Shown: one piece after another, positions 12,008 through 24,999 of the stretch | Layout of the letters: each line of letters opens with the position of its first letter | Position numbering within the stretch: position 1 is the stretch's first letter | Assembly (NCBI RefSeq): GCF_006345805.1 | Contig: NC_043007.1 | Location: forward strand, 1,488,001-1,552,000 | DNA length: 64,000 nucleotides | Direction of reading: 5' to 3' | Source: Octopus sinensis | Taxonomy: Eukaryota | The notes under the pieces: generated by a model | Told to the model about the DNA's origin: nothing | Seen by the model: only the letters and a program-made list of their open reading frames with translations | Databases searched by the model: none | Program-made: the position numbers and the translations under genes

Positions 12008-12135
12008 TAGGCTTCTTACAGTTTCCATCTTCCAGATTCACTCCCAAGGATTTTTGTAGCCCAGGAATATGGTAGAGGACGCCTTCATAAGATGCTGTGC
12101 AGTGAAACTGAACCTGAAATTACCCAGCCACTTTT
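12008..12135 (-). mobile_element. SINE family A, degraded 5' part
   Basis: GGCTTCTTACAGTTTCCATCT...CTGAACCTGAA is the reverse complement of the family A head and middle. Confidence 0.6.
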
Positions 12136-13072
12136 TCTCACCTGGATTCCAATATGTCTGGGTATCTTAACCATAACCAAAACTACCAGTAATACACTCT
12201 GGAAACAGTCTTTAGTACAAAGCTTTGTTAGGTTTACTGCAATTAGATTTACTTTTACCAAATGCTAACCAATACGTTATAAGTAAATAAATAAAAACAT
12301 TTTTCTAACTTTTCTTTCATCTCCACACATCCTCTTAAAATATTCTTCATTTGGACTTTTTTGAGTTTGAATGTGCTGTCTCTGTTTTGTTAGATTTTCA
12401 GGATTTAAGCTGCCAGGAAGAATTTTCGATCAGCACCACAATTTGCTAGGTTAAGTTTTAACACTACTCAAGGCAATAAAAGTTTCACCATGTTTGCTTT
12501 TTTTTTTACTTCTATTTACTTTGTTAATTTTGTTGTTTTATTCTTACATTCGAAGACACACTCGCTGTAGGCTCAAGCTGTGTAACACGTCTTTCTTCGT
12601 GTTACTTGGTTTCTGCCCATTAGCATTTGGTTCATTGATTTTTAACCATTTATCCACTGGGGACGTAAAACAAGTGCACTTTATCGATTATAGAAAATTA
12701 CATTTACCTTCACTACACATGCATTAGAAGAGTCGCTAAATTATTTAACAAGTTTCACACAGACATTGTGCAACCATTTTCAACAACTATTTCACATTTA
12801 TCATTACTTGAATGGAAAGTGATTAATAATTATTGAGTGATATTAGCTTGTGCTGAAAAATTCCACTGACCCAGTAGAATATATTCAGAATTATTATTTT
12901 TATGAAAAAAAAAATAATTAGTATTTGTTTTTGTATTCGGTTTGCAAGATTCTTGATGTGAAATCATGTACTGAAACATTTTGTTGTACCTTGGGTGGGT
13001 CATCATGCTAATAATAGACACACACACACACTGGTTCTATTTCACTTCTTTTATTATTATGAATCAGTCGAA

Positions 13073-13260
13073 GATGGTGAACTGGCATTAGCACACGAGG
13101 CATTTCATTCATCTGCACATTCTGAGTTCAAATTCTGCCTTTCATCCTTTTGACGTTGATGAAATATGTGCTAGATGTACACTGGGGTTGAAGTCATTAA
13201 CTAAACCCCTCTACATAAATTTCGGGCCTTGTGCCTATAGCAAAAAGGACTATTATTATT
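13073..13260 (+). mobile_element. SINE family B copy
   Basis: Head, B-box, GCCTTTCATCCTTTTG core and (TAT)n end. Confidence 0.8.
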
Positions 13261-13428
13261 AGTTAGTTGGTTAATCATTTAAACCTAGTTGATTGATTGA
13301 TTGAATGATTAATCAAACAATTGGTTAATTGGTTAAATGGTTGCTCAATTGACTGATAATAATAAAAGAAGTGAAAAACAAAACCTCTGTGTGTGTATGT
13401 GTTTATTATTAGCATAATTACCTTCCTC

Positions 13429-13792
13429 AGGAATTTCAACCATGTTTCGTGGTCTGCTACCACAACAACTCCTTTATTGGATCCAGTTAGCTCAAGACAT
13501 CATCAGGAGGAACCACATCCGGTTTCGGCCCCTACTCCTCTACCGTTTTGACGTGGCGGGGCCCCCGTCCTTTCGGAGGTATCTTCTAGCTCTGGTGTTG
13601 GGTGCATGTCTTCTTTCTTCTTCTTTCTTCTGTTCCCTGGCCTCTTTGATGTTTCATCAGCGAGTGTCAGCTGGTGACTGACTGTCTTGTCAAATTTTTC
13701 CCGTTAAATACCTGCCGCACAGGCTCCAGTAGGCAGCCCCAGCAAGTTGTCACGTGACACTTTCTCACCTTAACTGACGAGTGAAGGCGCGT
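13429..13792. repeat. ~360 bp interspersed element, copy 2
   Basis: Homologous to 3725-4081 over its full length. Confidence 0.8.
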
Positions 13793-14344
13793 AGTTTTAT
13801 CCCGCGCTTTTTCTAAATGACCGTCACCTGACAACAATTATTTATTCAAATAGAACTGTAAAAATCTTCTTTAAATTTGTTTTAATTACGTCCCTCTATC
13901 CATAAATCTATATGCACCGTTACATTTCTCCGCCTGTGTTTGTGTATATGTTTAAATGTGTAAATGTGTGACAACTGACTGACTGCTGAACGGGGGTTAA
14001 ACACTGGAAATGTTATTGATGAAAGGTAGGGAAAAGAGAGAGTGGAAGACTGGAAAGAGAATAAGGTAGAGTGGAAAAAGGTGTATCCTATATGTGTCTG
14101 TCCATGTCTGTGTATATTGTATGTTAGCGTTCTTTGCTAGCACACACACTCGCATGTACACAGACACACACACACATATGTGCTAATATCAAATGGTAAG
14201 AATAAGTGCTCAACACTGCAGCAGTGGATGAGGCAACCAATGGTTTCATGTGAAGAAGATCTTCACAATTGTTCAAGTGTACCACATGGAAGTGTTGGTA
14301 CTCATCTCCATTTAGGATGACTATATATATATATATATATATAT

Positions 14345-14612
14345 ATAGGAGACTGGCTCCTGCATGTAAAAAGTACCATTTGAGTGTGGTCGATGCCACT
14401 GCCGCCTGACTAGCCCCATGCCAGTGGCACGTAAAAATCACCCTCTACACTCTAAGAGTAGTTAGTATTAGGAAGAGCATCCAGCTGTGGAAACATTGCC
14501 AGATCAGATTGGCGCCTGGTGCAGCCTCCTGGCTTGCCAGTCTTCAGTCAAACTGTCCAACCCATGCCAGCATGGAAAGTGGATGTTAAACTTTGATGAT
14601 GATGATGATGAT
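14345..14612 (+). mobile_element. RTE 3'-end copy with (GAT)n tail
   Basis: GTGGCACGTAAAAA...AGGAAGAGCATCCAGCTG...CATGGAAAGTGGATGTTAAAC(TGA)n. Confidence 0.85.
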
Positions 14613-14895
14613 GCAGCGAGCTGGCAAAAACGTTAGCACGCAGGGTGAAATGTGTAGCTGTATTTCGTCTGCTGTTACGTTCTGAGTTCAAATTCCTCCG
14701 AGGTTGACTATGCCTTTGATCCTTTCGGGGTCGATAAATTAAGTACCAGTTACGCACTGGGGTCAATGTAATTGACTTAATCCGTTTGTCAGTGAACTGA
14801 GCAACCATTTAACTAATTAACCAATTGTTTGATTAATCATTCAGTCAATCAATCAATCAGCTAGGTTTAAGCCCCTTGTGGGTAGTAAAGAAATA
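14613..14895 (+). mobile_element. SINE family B copy carrying an 82 bp foreign insert (14789-14870)
   Basis: Consensus head, core and 3' end GCCCCTTGTGGGTAGTAAAGAAATAG. The insert replaces ~25 bp of consensus. Confidence 0.88.
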
Positions 14896-14909
14896 GATGA
14901 TGATAATGA

Positions 14910-14961
<52 letters not shown>

Positions 14962-15004
14962 TTATATATATATATGTATATATATATATATTTATATATA
15001 CATG

Positions 15005-15111
<107 letters not shown>

Positions 15112-15147
15112 GTATATATATATATATTTATATATATATGTATATAT

Positions 15148-16010
15148 AAATGAAGACAAATTCGAACTGATCCACTTTGGAAGGGAGGACGCTCTGAAAC
15201 TCCCATACTCTCTTCCTTCTGGAGAAATTCTCATGGCATCCAACAACATCAGAGACCTGGGAGTAACAGTGGACAACAACATAAGCTGGGCTACACATAT
15301 AAGCAGCAAAGTTGACATGGCCCGCAGAATGTGTTCCTGGATTCTCAGAACCTTCCAGTCGAGAGATTCCCACGCTATTATCCTTCTCTTCTCCACTTTT
15401 GCCCGACCCCACCTTGAATACTGCTGTCCACTGTGGTCTCCCTACACAAAACAAAATATTATGAGAATTGAAGCTCCCCAAAGGTCAATCACAAAAAAGA
15501 TAGATGGCATGTCAGACCTTGACTACTGGGGTAGACTAGAGAAGCTGAAATTGTATTCACTCCAACGACGCCGTGAACGCTACATTATCTGTATGATGTG
15601 GAAAATATTCCATCAGCACTGTCCGAATGATGTTGGCATCACCTTCAAAATGCATCCAAGGCTTGGACCACGTGCCATCCGTCCACAACAAAAATCTAAA
15701 TCGCATCACATAACGACAATACGGCACAACTATTTCACCTCAATTGGACCCGCTCTCTTCAACATTACACCAGGACACGTCAAAAAAAAAAACTGACCAC
15801 ACAAAATTCAAGAAGTCTTTGGACAAATTCCTTCAAACAGTACCGGACAAACCACCCACACCCGGATATGTCTCCGCAAACAATAACTCTCTGCTCGAAT
15901 GGGCCTTGGTGCCCAAATCCTGAACTGAAAGACTTCGCCAGGTGGTGCTATTAAGTTAGACATGGCCTGGGCCAATACTGGCCAAAAACCTTTCTAAGTT
16001 ATTCTAAGTT
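15148..16010 (+). mobile_element. CR1-clade LINE, 5'-truncated: RT C-terminus, ORF2 end and 3' tail
   Basis: ORF reads [15 protein letters not shown]...[14 protein letters not shown]...[10 protein letters not shown]...[16 protein letters not shown]. One frameshift in the A-run at ~15783-15792, then KFKKSLDKFLQTVPDKP. Ends in a TTCTAAGTTA tandem tail. Confidence 0.92.
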
Positions 16011-16056
16011 ATATTTATATATGTATGTATGCATATATATATATGTATATGTGTAT

Positions 16057-16087
<31 letters not shown>

Positions 16088-17204
16088 CATATATATATAT
16101 GTATGCATATATATATATGTATATGTATATATATATGTATATGTATATATATATATGTATATGTATATATATGTAAACAAAATCAAATTGCCCTCAAAGT
16201 AGGATTGTTTAAGAAATATCACTTTGTTGTCTGTTGATACTGTTTAAATAATAGATTTTAATTCTCTTTTCTAAATAGAATTAAAGACAAAGAAACGGTT
16301 GTTAGTAAATAGGTGGTTAGTCGAAGCTGAAGTGAGTCTCAGAATGGTTTTTGATGGAAGTATTATTCAAAATGGCTTTTTGCAAAGTGTAGATAAGAAA
16401 GCATAACAAAGCAAAAAACAAAAAAAGAGACAACCCTCTCACTCCCCCCGCAAATAAATGAACATAAACAATAGACAGATAAATAAACAAAAACTATACG
16501 ATATAATTGAATTATGTTCGTAGAACATACTGCAACTTTGTATATATATATATTTTTTTTTGTTTGTTTTTTTTTTTTTTAAATTACAATTTCGGAATAA
16601 GAAGTAATCCTGTGTAGAAGGGAAATAAAATCAAAAGTCTGCTGGTGATGCCTTCAACAACTCAATAAATCCATAACATTTGTTGTATTTGGAGAATCCT
16701 CATTCTCTCATGGACATTAAAAATAGGAAACTATGTTCATGTTGAGATTAATCATTTTTACCACCAAAAATAATACGTTTTATTTTATCTTATTTTATTA
16801 TTTCATTTTCAATTATTTTACTTTTATTTTGATTATAGAACATGTCAACCACTGAGAAAGCAATTTCTTTTGTAATTATTAATAGAATTTTGTATTTATT
16901 TTAATATATATATATATATATTTATTTGTATTATTTTTTTGTTGTTTTAGTATTAGCATGTTGAACTTTTGTTTTTTTTTCTTGTTTTCTGTAATGTTAT
17001 TTAATCTTAATAAAGTAGGGAGAGTGAGATAAAAGATGAGGGAGATATGTATCAATGCGAATACATCTCTTTGTTTGTTTTTTTTTGAAATACAAATTTC
17101 AATTTATACGATTTTAGTTCCACACATTTTCCATGAAACAACCATGCTTCAGGAAAAGAATTTAAGTCATGAAGTTAGCTTATTATTATTTTTATTATTA
17201 TTAT

Positions 17205-17550
17205 TACCACAACCACCACCACCACCACCACCACAACCAACACCACCACTGCCACCACAACCACTGCCACTACAACCACCACCACCACCACCACCACCAT
17301 CAGCACTGCCACCACAACCACTGCCACCACCACCACCACCACCACCATCACCACCACCACCGCCACCACCACCACTGCCACCACAACCACTGCCACCACC
17401 ACCACAATCACCACCACCACTACCACCACCGCTGCCACCGCCACCACAACCACTGCCACCACTACCACCACCACCACCACCGCCACCACAACCACTGCCA
17501 CAACCACACCACCACCACCACTACCACCACCGCTGCCACCGCCACCACCT
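17205..17550. repeat. Compound (CCA)n trinucleotide repeat
   Basis: Seen directly. It produces the Pro-rich and His-rich ORFs in the track. Confidence 0.95.
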
Positions 17551-17584
17551 TATTTATTTATTTATTCAGTATTATTATTATTAT

Positions 17585-17892
17585 CAAGTGAGAAAGCGAT
17601 GTATGCCACCAAAGTGACACTGGGGCACAGATATCTGAAGGTCAATGACTTCTTGTCTGATAAAAGTACCCTAGGCACATGCATCACAGCCACATGTGTG
17701 CAACATGGTGGTCTCATCTCAATGCATGACCTTGCCGGTGGGGCACAGAATTTTCTTCAGGTTGAGTAGTTCATCCTACTCCAAAGGTCTCTGAATAAGG
17801 GTTGTTTAAGGATGTTGAATGAAGGACCCATGTTTCCAGAGGTGAATAATTCAAACCCCAAAGCATTCCTCTCAACACATAGCTATGATGCT
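17585..17892 (-). repeat. Probable retroposon 3' segment ending in (TAA)n, unclassified
   Basis: GC-richer block bounded by (TAT)n tracts. No second copy in the window. Confidence 0.35.
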
Positions 17893-17893
17893 G

Positions 17894-17960
<67 letters not shown>

Positions 17961-18176
17961 GGTGGCGAGCTGGCAGAATTGGTAGCCCACTGGATGAAAT
18001 GCTTAGCTTTATTTCGTCTACTGCTATGTTCTGAGTCCAAATTCCTCTGAGGTCAACTTTACCTTTCATCCCTTTGAGGTTAATAAATTAAATACCAGTG
18101 AAACACTGGGGTCGAAGTAATTGACTAATCTTCTCCCCCAAAATATCAGGCCTTGTGCCTTTAGTAGAAAGGATTA
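17961..18176 (+). mobile_element. SINE family B copy
   Basis: GGTGGCGAGCTGGCAG head, CCTTTCATCCCTTTGAGG core and (ATT)n end. Confidence 0.85.
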
Positions 18177-18393
18177 TTATCATTATTATTATTATTATTA
18201 TCATTAGCATCTTCTTCCAATTCTATTTCCATTTCTTGCCAAGTGTCTTCCTGACACCTAGGGTAGAGAAACGTACTATATACATTGGCAGGACATTAAA
18301 ACAAACACCAGATTCTTCATTTACAGAGTCATGTGATAAAGAAAAAGTGGAAGGCAGAGAGAAAAGGGAAAAAAAAAAACATCACCATCATCA

Positions 18394-18430
<37 letters not shown>

Positions 18431-19462
18431 TCCTGATAATGGCATCACCAGCAATGTTGAATAATATGAAGCCAAATTGACACTTTGGAATCAATAGTTT
18501 ACTTTATGACTGTCCGTCATTTTCTGCTGAAAAGTGCCATTCATTGAAAATAGGAATCATTAAACTCATTGTCCGTTTGTGCTCTGTTGTAAATCTTTAA
18601 TTCTTTGCCATTTGCGTACGATATTTTCCCAAACCGACATGACGTTAATTCTTAGTTCAAAATAAAGTATTCAGTCGTTACAATTATTAAGGAAGTTATC
18701 TGAAAATAAAAACACAAAATATCTGGGGGTGATTTGGTGGTGGTGGGGGGGGGAGGCAAACGTAAAGAAAAAAAAGAGAAATATTTTTATGATAAATTAT
18801 TGTTTTTGAAAGAATTTTTTTGAAAATCCGTGAAAATCCTCCCCCTCCTAATTTACCGTCACCTCTACCACATCCGTTGCCCTTTACCACCACCACGCCT
18901 TTCCTCTATCCCCTACTCCTCTTCTCCTCCTTCACTTCCTTTTTAACAGTTCTCCCTCTCTTCATCCCAACCCCCCCTCTGGTTCTGCTCCACCCTTATT
19001 TACCCATATTCCTCCTCCCCTCTTCAGTACACCCCTCCTTTATTCCACTTCCTCCAGCTCCCCCTCCCACTTTTCCACCGTCCCCCTTCTCTTCCATCGC
19101 GCCCTGCCACTCTTCCTCCTCCCCACCCCTGTCCTTCCTCACAAACACCTCCGCTTTCCCCTCCTTCCCCTCATCACTTCTCCCATGTGGCTATGCTTTG
19201 GACAGGGTCAACTCAGCACACCGTCATCCAACTATGACACTTCACTCCATATCAAAATTTGAACAGAGCTGTTGTGTCGAGTGAATCAACCTCATGGTCA
19301 CATGAGCCATACTCCTTAAAAACACAAGCAATTTCATTGAAATGAAACCTGAACAAGGACTTTGAATGGTGCCCTTGGATATTGGCTAATAAAGGAGTTT
19401 GTACAAGACTATGTCATTTCTTAAATGATTATTTTGCTGTGTGACTTCAATAGAATCATCAT

Positions 19463-19712
19463 CATCATTTAACATCCACTTTCCATGCTGGCATGGGTTG
19501 GATGCTGTGATAGGAGCTGGCTAGGCAGAAGACTGCACTAGGCTTCAGTGTCTGTTTTGGTATGGTTTTCACGGCTGGATGCCCTTCATAACCTCAACCA
19601 CTCCACAGAGTTGACTAAGTGCTTTTTATGTAACACCAGCATGGGTGAGGTCAGTTTTGGCATGGTCTTAATGGCTGGATGCCCTCCCAAATGCTAACTA
19701 CTTTACAGTGTG
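19463..19712 (-). mobile_element. RTE-tail-related copy with a duplicated GGATGCCC module
   Basis: ATCATCATCATTTAACATCCACTTTCCATGCTGGCATGGG start and two GCTGGATGCCCT modules. Confidence 0.75.
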
Positions 19713-20405
19713 ACTTTAAGTTCCTGACTTTAAGGATATTGCGAAAGGCCTGGTTTGAGGCCCAACCTTCTGAGTTCTTTTACAGGGCTTAGAAAAACTG
19801 AAGGACTGCTGCAATAAGCGTGTGAGCCTGAGAGGGAAACATGTTGAATAAAATCCTAATTACCTGATCCTCCTTTATTTTCTTTTACCCAAAGCCAGGA
19901 ACTTTTCAGCACCCCCAAAACCAGTATCACTTCTGCAAGTGATACTGGTTTTTGGAACAAGTGTAGCTAATTTCTGCAAGAGTATAAATAGTGCAGTTGG
20001 CTTCTAAAAATGCAGTCAACTTCTAAAAAGGCTGCTGGCTTCTTAAACTGGTGCACCTGGCTTTTGCAGCCGGCTTCTATAATAAGTGCAGCTGACTTCT
20101 ACAACAATAAATGTGTTTGCAAACTTATCCATTTCATATCCAGTTGCCTTCAGCTTTAATACAAGAATTTAACAGAAGTAAAATATACTATAAAAAAAAC
20201 AAAAACAAAAACAAAAACAAAACAAAAATATAGACAGAAAGAAGTGCTGTAGCACTCTTGTTGTTGTTGTTGTTGTAGCCTTGCAAGTTTAACTCCTGGA
20301 TGTGTCATGTTACTCAACTTAATGATCTCAGGAATTCTCATATTTTATTGTGGCATTTCACTGTGAAAGCTGAATGAGGCTGATTCTTCGGAAGATTACT
20401 GTATT

Positions 20406-20816
20406 TACTCTTTTACGCTTTTACTTGTCTCAGTCATTTGACTGTGGCCATGCTGGAGCACTGCTTTTAGTCAAGCAAATTGACCCCAGGACTTAATCTT
20501 TGTAATCTTAGCCCTTATTCTATCGGTCTCTTTTGCCAAACTGCTAAGTTACATGGACGTAAACACACCAGCATCAGTTGTCAAATGATGTTGGTGGGAC
20601 CGACACAGTCAAACACACACACGCACACACATATATATATACATATAAATATATACGATGGGCTTCTTTCAGTTTCCGTCTACCAAATCCACTCACAAAG
20701 CTTTGGTCGGCCCGGGGCTATAGTAGAAGACACTTGCCCAAGGTACCATGCAGTGGGACTGAACCCAGAACCATGTAGTTGATAAGCAAGCTACTTACCA
20801 CACAGCCACTCCTGCC
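20406..20816 (-). mobile_element. SINE family A, full length
   Basis: Tail to head, complete, with internal (AC)/(AT) microsatellite. Confidence 0.9.
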
Positions 20817-21078
20817 GCTCCTAAAAGTTATCAATTTTCTATAAAAACTAGAGTCAGTACTGAAAGTTATGATGTATGGTATATGAATAAGTCTATTTAT
20901 AAACAATGTGGTCAAAGATAGAAGAAACAGGTAATGGGTGTATCTGCCTATTTCTGGAATTCTTGACTCTTCTTCAGCTCCACATCCAAACCATTAACCA
21001 TTCATGAGTACATTACTTGAGAAGCTACTTAATTTAATGGTGTGAGATTGTTGGGTAGGCCAATTTTACATATTAAAC

Positions 21079-21268
21079 CAGGGGTCCCCAAACTTTTCAG
21101 ACCATTGTCCCCATCATGGAATCCTTGACCGCCCCCCCCCCCAATCACTCCCCCCCCCAGGCATGTACAAGAAAATGAATAAATAATAAGTAGATGTGCA
21201 TTTATTGACCTTTTGAATAGTCCCATCGACCCCCAGGGGTTCTATATCGACAAGTTTGGAGACCCCTG
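21079..21268. mobile_element. hAT (Charlie-type) MITE, 190 bp
   Basis: TIRs CAGGGGTCCCCAAACTT / AAGTTTGGAGACCCCTG. Perfect 8 bp TSD TATTAAAC at 21071-78 and 21269-76. Confidence 0.92.
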
Positions 21269-21283
21269 TATTAAACATCTCTA

Positions 21284-21865
21284 GGCGCAGGAGTGGCTGT
21301 GTGGTAAGTAGCTTGCTCATCAACCACATGGTTCCAGGTTCAGTCCCACAGCGTGGGACCTTGGGCAAGTGTCTTCTACTATTACCTCAGGCCGACCAAA
21401 GCCTTGTGGGTGGATTTGGTACATGGAAACTGAAAGAAGCCCGTCATATATATACATATATATATATGTGTGTGTGTATGTTTGTTCCCCCCCACCATCG
21501 CTTGATAATCAATGTTGGTGTGTTCAATATGTTGTTTTCAATCTTACCCCTAAATTTACTGTTGTCTCCAAAAGAGTGAGTGACGTGAATTTGAACAGCT
21601 ACCAACGAACACTAAAGTCTCTCCCCAAATCGAGGGTTTTTATAACTGCTCAACCTGACCAAGAAGAATCCTTATTTGAGCCGTTACACCAACCAATGGG
21701 AAAAGAGCGAAAATGATAATTCTTTGGCAAAGACACTATGTCATATTGCCAATTCAAAATGGCTAAAATGCTACTGCTGCAATAATCAATGTTGGTGTGT
21801 TCACGTTCCCATAAATTAGCGGTTTGGCAAAAGAGACCGATAGAATAAGTACTAGGCTTACAATG
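21284..21865 (+). mobile_element. SINE family A interrupted by a 255 bp insert (21527-21781)
   Basis: Consensus head GGCGCAGGAGTGGCTGTGTGGTAAG. The body resumes after the duplicated 22-mer. Confidence 0.9.
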
Positions 21866-24709
21866 GTTGCAGTCAATTGCTGGTCGGGACACTCTGTTTT
21901 GTTATGCAACCATAACACCTGCCAGTAGTATGCTTTTAGCATTATATCTCTGCCCCATTTTTTTTCTTTCTTTCCAGCTCATCTTCACTGCATCATTCAT
22001 AGATGCTCACTTTGGTTCTCTCTTCCTTTTGCACATCCTCCGCATTCTATGCCCACACACAAAACATCATGCAATGTTCTTCACTCGGATGGAGAATCAG
22101 AAAATTGCCATTCATCAAAAAGATAGCACTTCATTAATTTTTCGGAATCATTATATTCCATTAAATGAAAACATCGTTAACACCGAGTAGCTCTTTCGAT
22201 GGGACAAATGATCTGTGTTTGCTTTAATCATGATAAAATAGTTACATAAAATACCAGGGGAGTGTAAATAAAACAATATTATTATTATACTGAGAATTTC
22301 TCACCATCGTCTCAAATGAAATAAAACTGATGGCATAAAACGCCATGCAAAGCTTTATCTTCCATCATAATGGTCAGCATCACTCATTAAGATTCTTTTA
22401 TTGTTTTTCATATTTTACATAAATTCCTTACACACGCACATAACAGAGTTGTTTGTCTATGAAACACTAGCTTGATTATCATGGGTTGTTCCATAATTGT
22501 TCATGGCATTAATTCTGTGGTTATAATATATAGCGTATATAATTTCCTCTGGTGTAAACCGATGCAGATAAAGTCCTGCTTCTTTGTCTATTGTTGCTTA
22601 GGCTAAGTTTCACCGGTGATTTATGAGGGCTTTGTGGCCATCTCACTGAAACCACACAACTAGCAAAGTTCTTTTAAATGTTAAGTTTAAACACATGCAT
22701 TCAGTTATCTTATTGTCTCGGAGGTCATTCCAAATCTCTTTATATAAAGGCTGAATATAATATATTGTATTTCTTTTCGTTTGTTAGTTTTAGTCATTTC
22801 CTTTTCATCTGATTTACAGAAGAATTGTCAAATGTAACGACTGCTTAAAACCTCTTGAATTGCAGAGGATTACCATTTTGTATTTGGTGTCTTGGTTCTC
22901 CCTTTACTTTTCTGTTTCGAAGGCAGTATTTGTGTATGAATGTTTTCGAAGATCTCAAGTCAGTCTGCGATATATTGATATTTATTGTCGCTATTGAAAC
23001 TGGATTTAAGAACTGCCTAAATGCTTGCTTTAGTTGTCTGGAAGCAAAGTAGTGTAATTTGTGAAGAATAGCTGCCAAAGAAAAACGGAAAAGAAACATA
23101 AGTGCACCTTGAACTTAATATGTTTGTGACTCGATACTTTTTATTGATCTCTTCATAATCAGCAGCCGATTTCCTTTAGATTATGGTTCTTCCTCCAACT
23201 TCCAACTTTGTGACATTATACTGTGTACATTGTAATTTCCACCTCTCAGTCTTATCAGACGCTGCCTTAGGTGTTTTTGTTATTTAGCTAATGATTTTTC
23301 TGTTTTATAACTATAATTTGTGTTTATTTTACAAAACTTTTTCCAATATTTTAATACCTTTTCAAGTCATACAAGTTTTAGATTTTCATTCAAATAAAAT
23401 TGTGTGTGTTGTTAATAGATTTGTTTATGATATAAATGCGCCGCCTCTTCTTAAAAATACAGAAAGAAAAAACTGAAGTGAAATGATTTTGGCAATTATT
23501 TAGCATTATTCATTTTGATCATATGTTGTTTAAAGTTACTATATCTGAATTTCTAAAGTTTGTTTACTTAAAAATTATCAGAAGATATTTACTTTAAAAT
23601 GTTATGGTCGCCAGCCTGCATTCAATTTAAATATTAATTTCAATAATAGAATATTTTGACAGTCTTATTTTTGTGACATAAGACAGGACGAATCGATTTT
23701 TTCTTTTTTTAGCATGTCAGTTTAGACAGTTAACAAAAGAATAACAACAACAGCAACAAAAAAATCAAGACTATTGATTTTCACTTTGAACTATTGTTAA
23801 TAATTTAGGGGAGAGGGGTATTAAATGAAAAGTTTGACTGCTCATGTCACCTATTTCTTTAAATAAAAAAATGTCCGTTGAAAAATTAAGTCTATTAATC
23901 AATTGGATGGAAAAAAAAAGTATCTATTTTGTTATCATTTTTGAAGTATTAATTGAATGCTGCTTGAGGTGCCGAACAAATGAAATATGAAATTTAGGAA
24001 AATGAAGCGTCAAAACTGAAAGAAAACAAAAGAAAGTAACACACACACACACATACATACATACACACACGCGCGTATTTATGTAAAGAGAGTGTTCTCT
24101 CTAAAAGTGAATATGTATGTGATTAGTAATGATATATGGAAGAGGAATTCGGTAAATGATTAAATGTAGACTCAAAAGTGAGCAGAAGTAAATAAATCAA
24201 ACTACACAGCTCCAGACTCCTTCCCCCGTCCGTGTCTGCCATGGTTATATGGAACCTATGATCAAAGACATTCCCACTGTAATCATTCTGTGCTTTTCTT
24301 TTTCCCAGGCATGTTGTGTCTGAGACTATATTAACCAATATTTTTTTTTTTTTTTCATCTTTTGTTGTGAGTTGGTTGGGTTGAGATGTATGGACAGTAA
24401 TGAGTCAAAAAAAGTTATGTTTTTGAATTGTTAGTCAAAGAAGAGTAACAAAAAAAAACAAAAAACCAAAGAAGTTTTTCAAGACAAAATTATGTGAAAT
24501 GTTAAAATAGCAATGCATTATGGGATTTGTTGGATAGTTTAAATGATAATCCAGAAAAAACTATTCAAAGCTATAAAAGTTGACCACACAATATTTTCCA
24601 TTTCAGCAGATATTAAAAAAAAAACTAACATACACAAAAAAAAAAATTCCTAAATTAAAATAATTTTGATTTAATTTTTATTTGGAAAAATTGTAATTAT
24701 TAATTTTCT

Positions 24710-24947
24710 TTAACCATTTCATTACAATATACCTGTTGAAATACTCTGCCTTTGATTCAATTAATTTCAAAAATAAAGAATTTAGAAAAATAACTTTGTC
24801 AACTTTAATCTGGTGAAACCAAATTAATATAAAATTATTCTGCTGGAAGGTTTTAATTTAAATCACTTTAAATTAGGAAGTCTGTTACTGAAGACCAGCA
24901 GGGGTGGACATGGTTTATCTCGGGCAGGTTGTTATTAAAAGGTTTAA
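24710..24947. mobile_element. TTAA-flanked (piggyBac-type) MITE, diverged
   Basis: TTAA-CCATTTC...AAAGGT-TTAA. Interior resembles 26318-26539. Confidence 0.55.
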
Positions 24948-24999
24948 ATTAAATGAATTTAGATATCTTTTATTTCTTGTGAAATGGGACGATACTGCA

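Noticed and set aside
13278-14870. 1.6 kb TIR transposon with TTAA ends
   Set aside because: A SINE runs continuously across the right-hand repeat, so it cannot be an element boundary.
17036-17617. Pro-rich, His-rich and Val-rich ORFs
   Set aside because: All frames are open only because of the (CCA)n repeat; there is no splice or domain support.
21978-22190. HCIIHR (hAT-like) or Cys-rich (piggyBac-like) peptide hints
   Set aside because: The motifs are too short and broken by stops, with no termini found.
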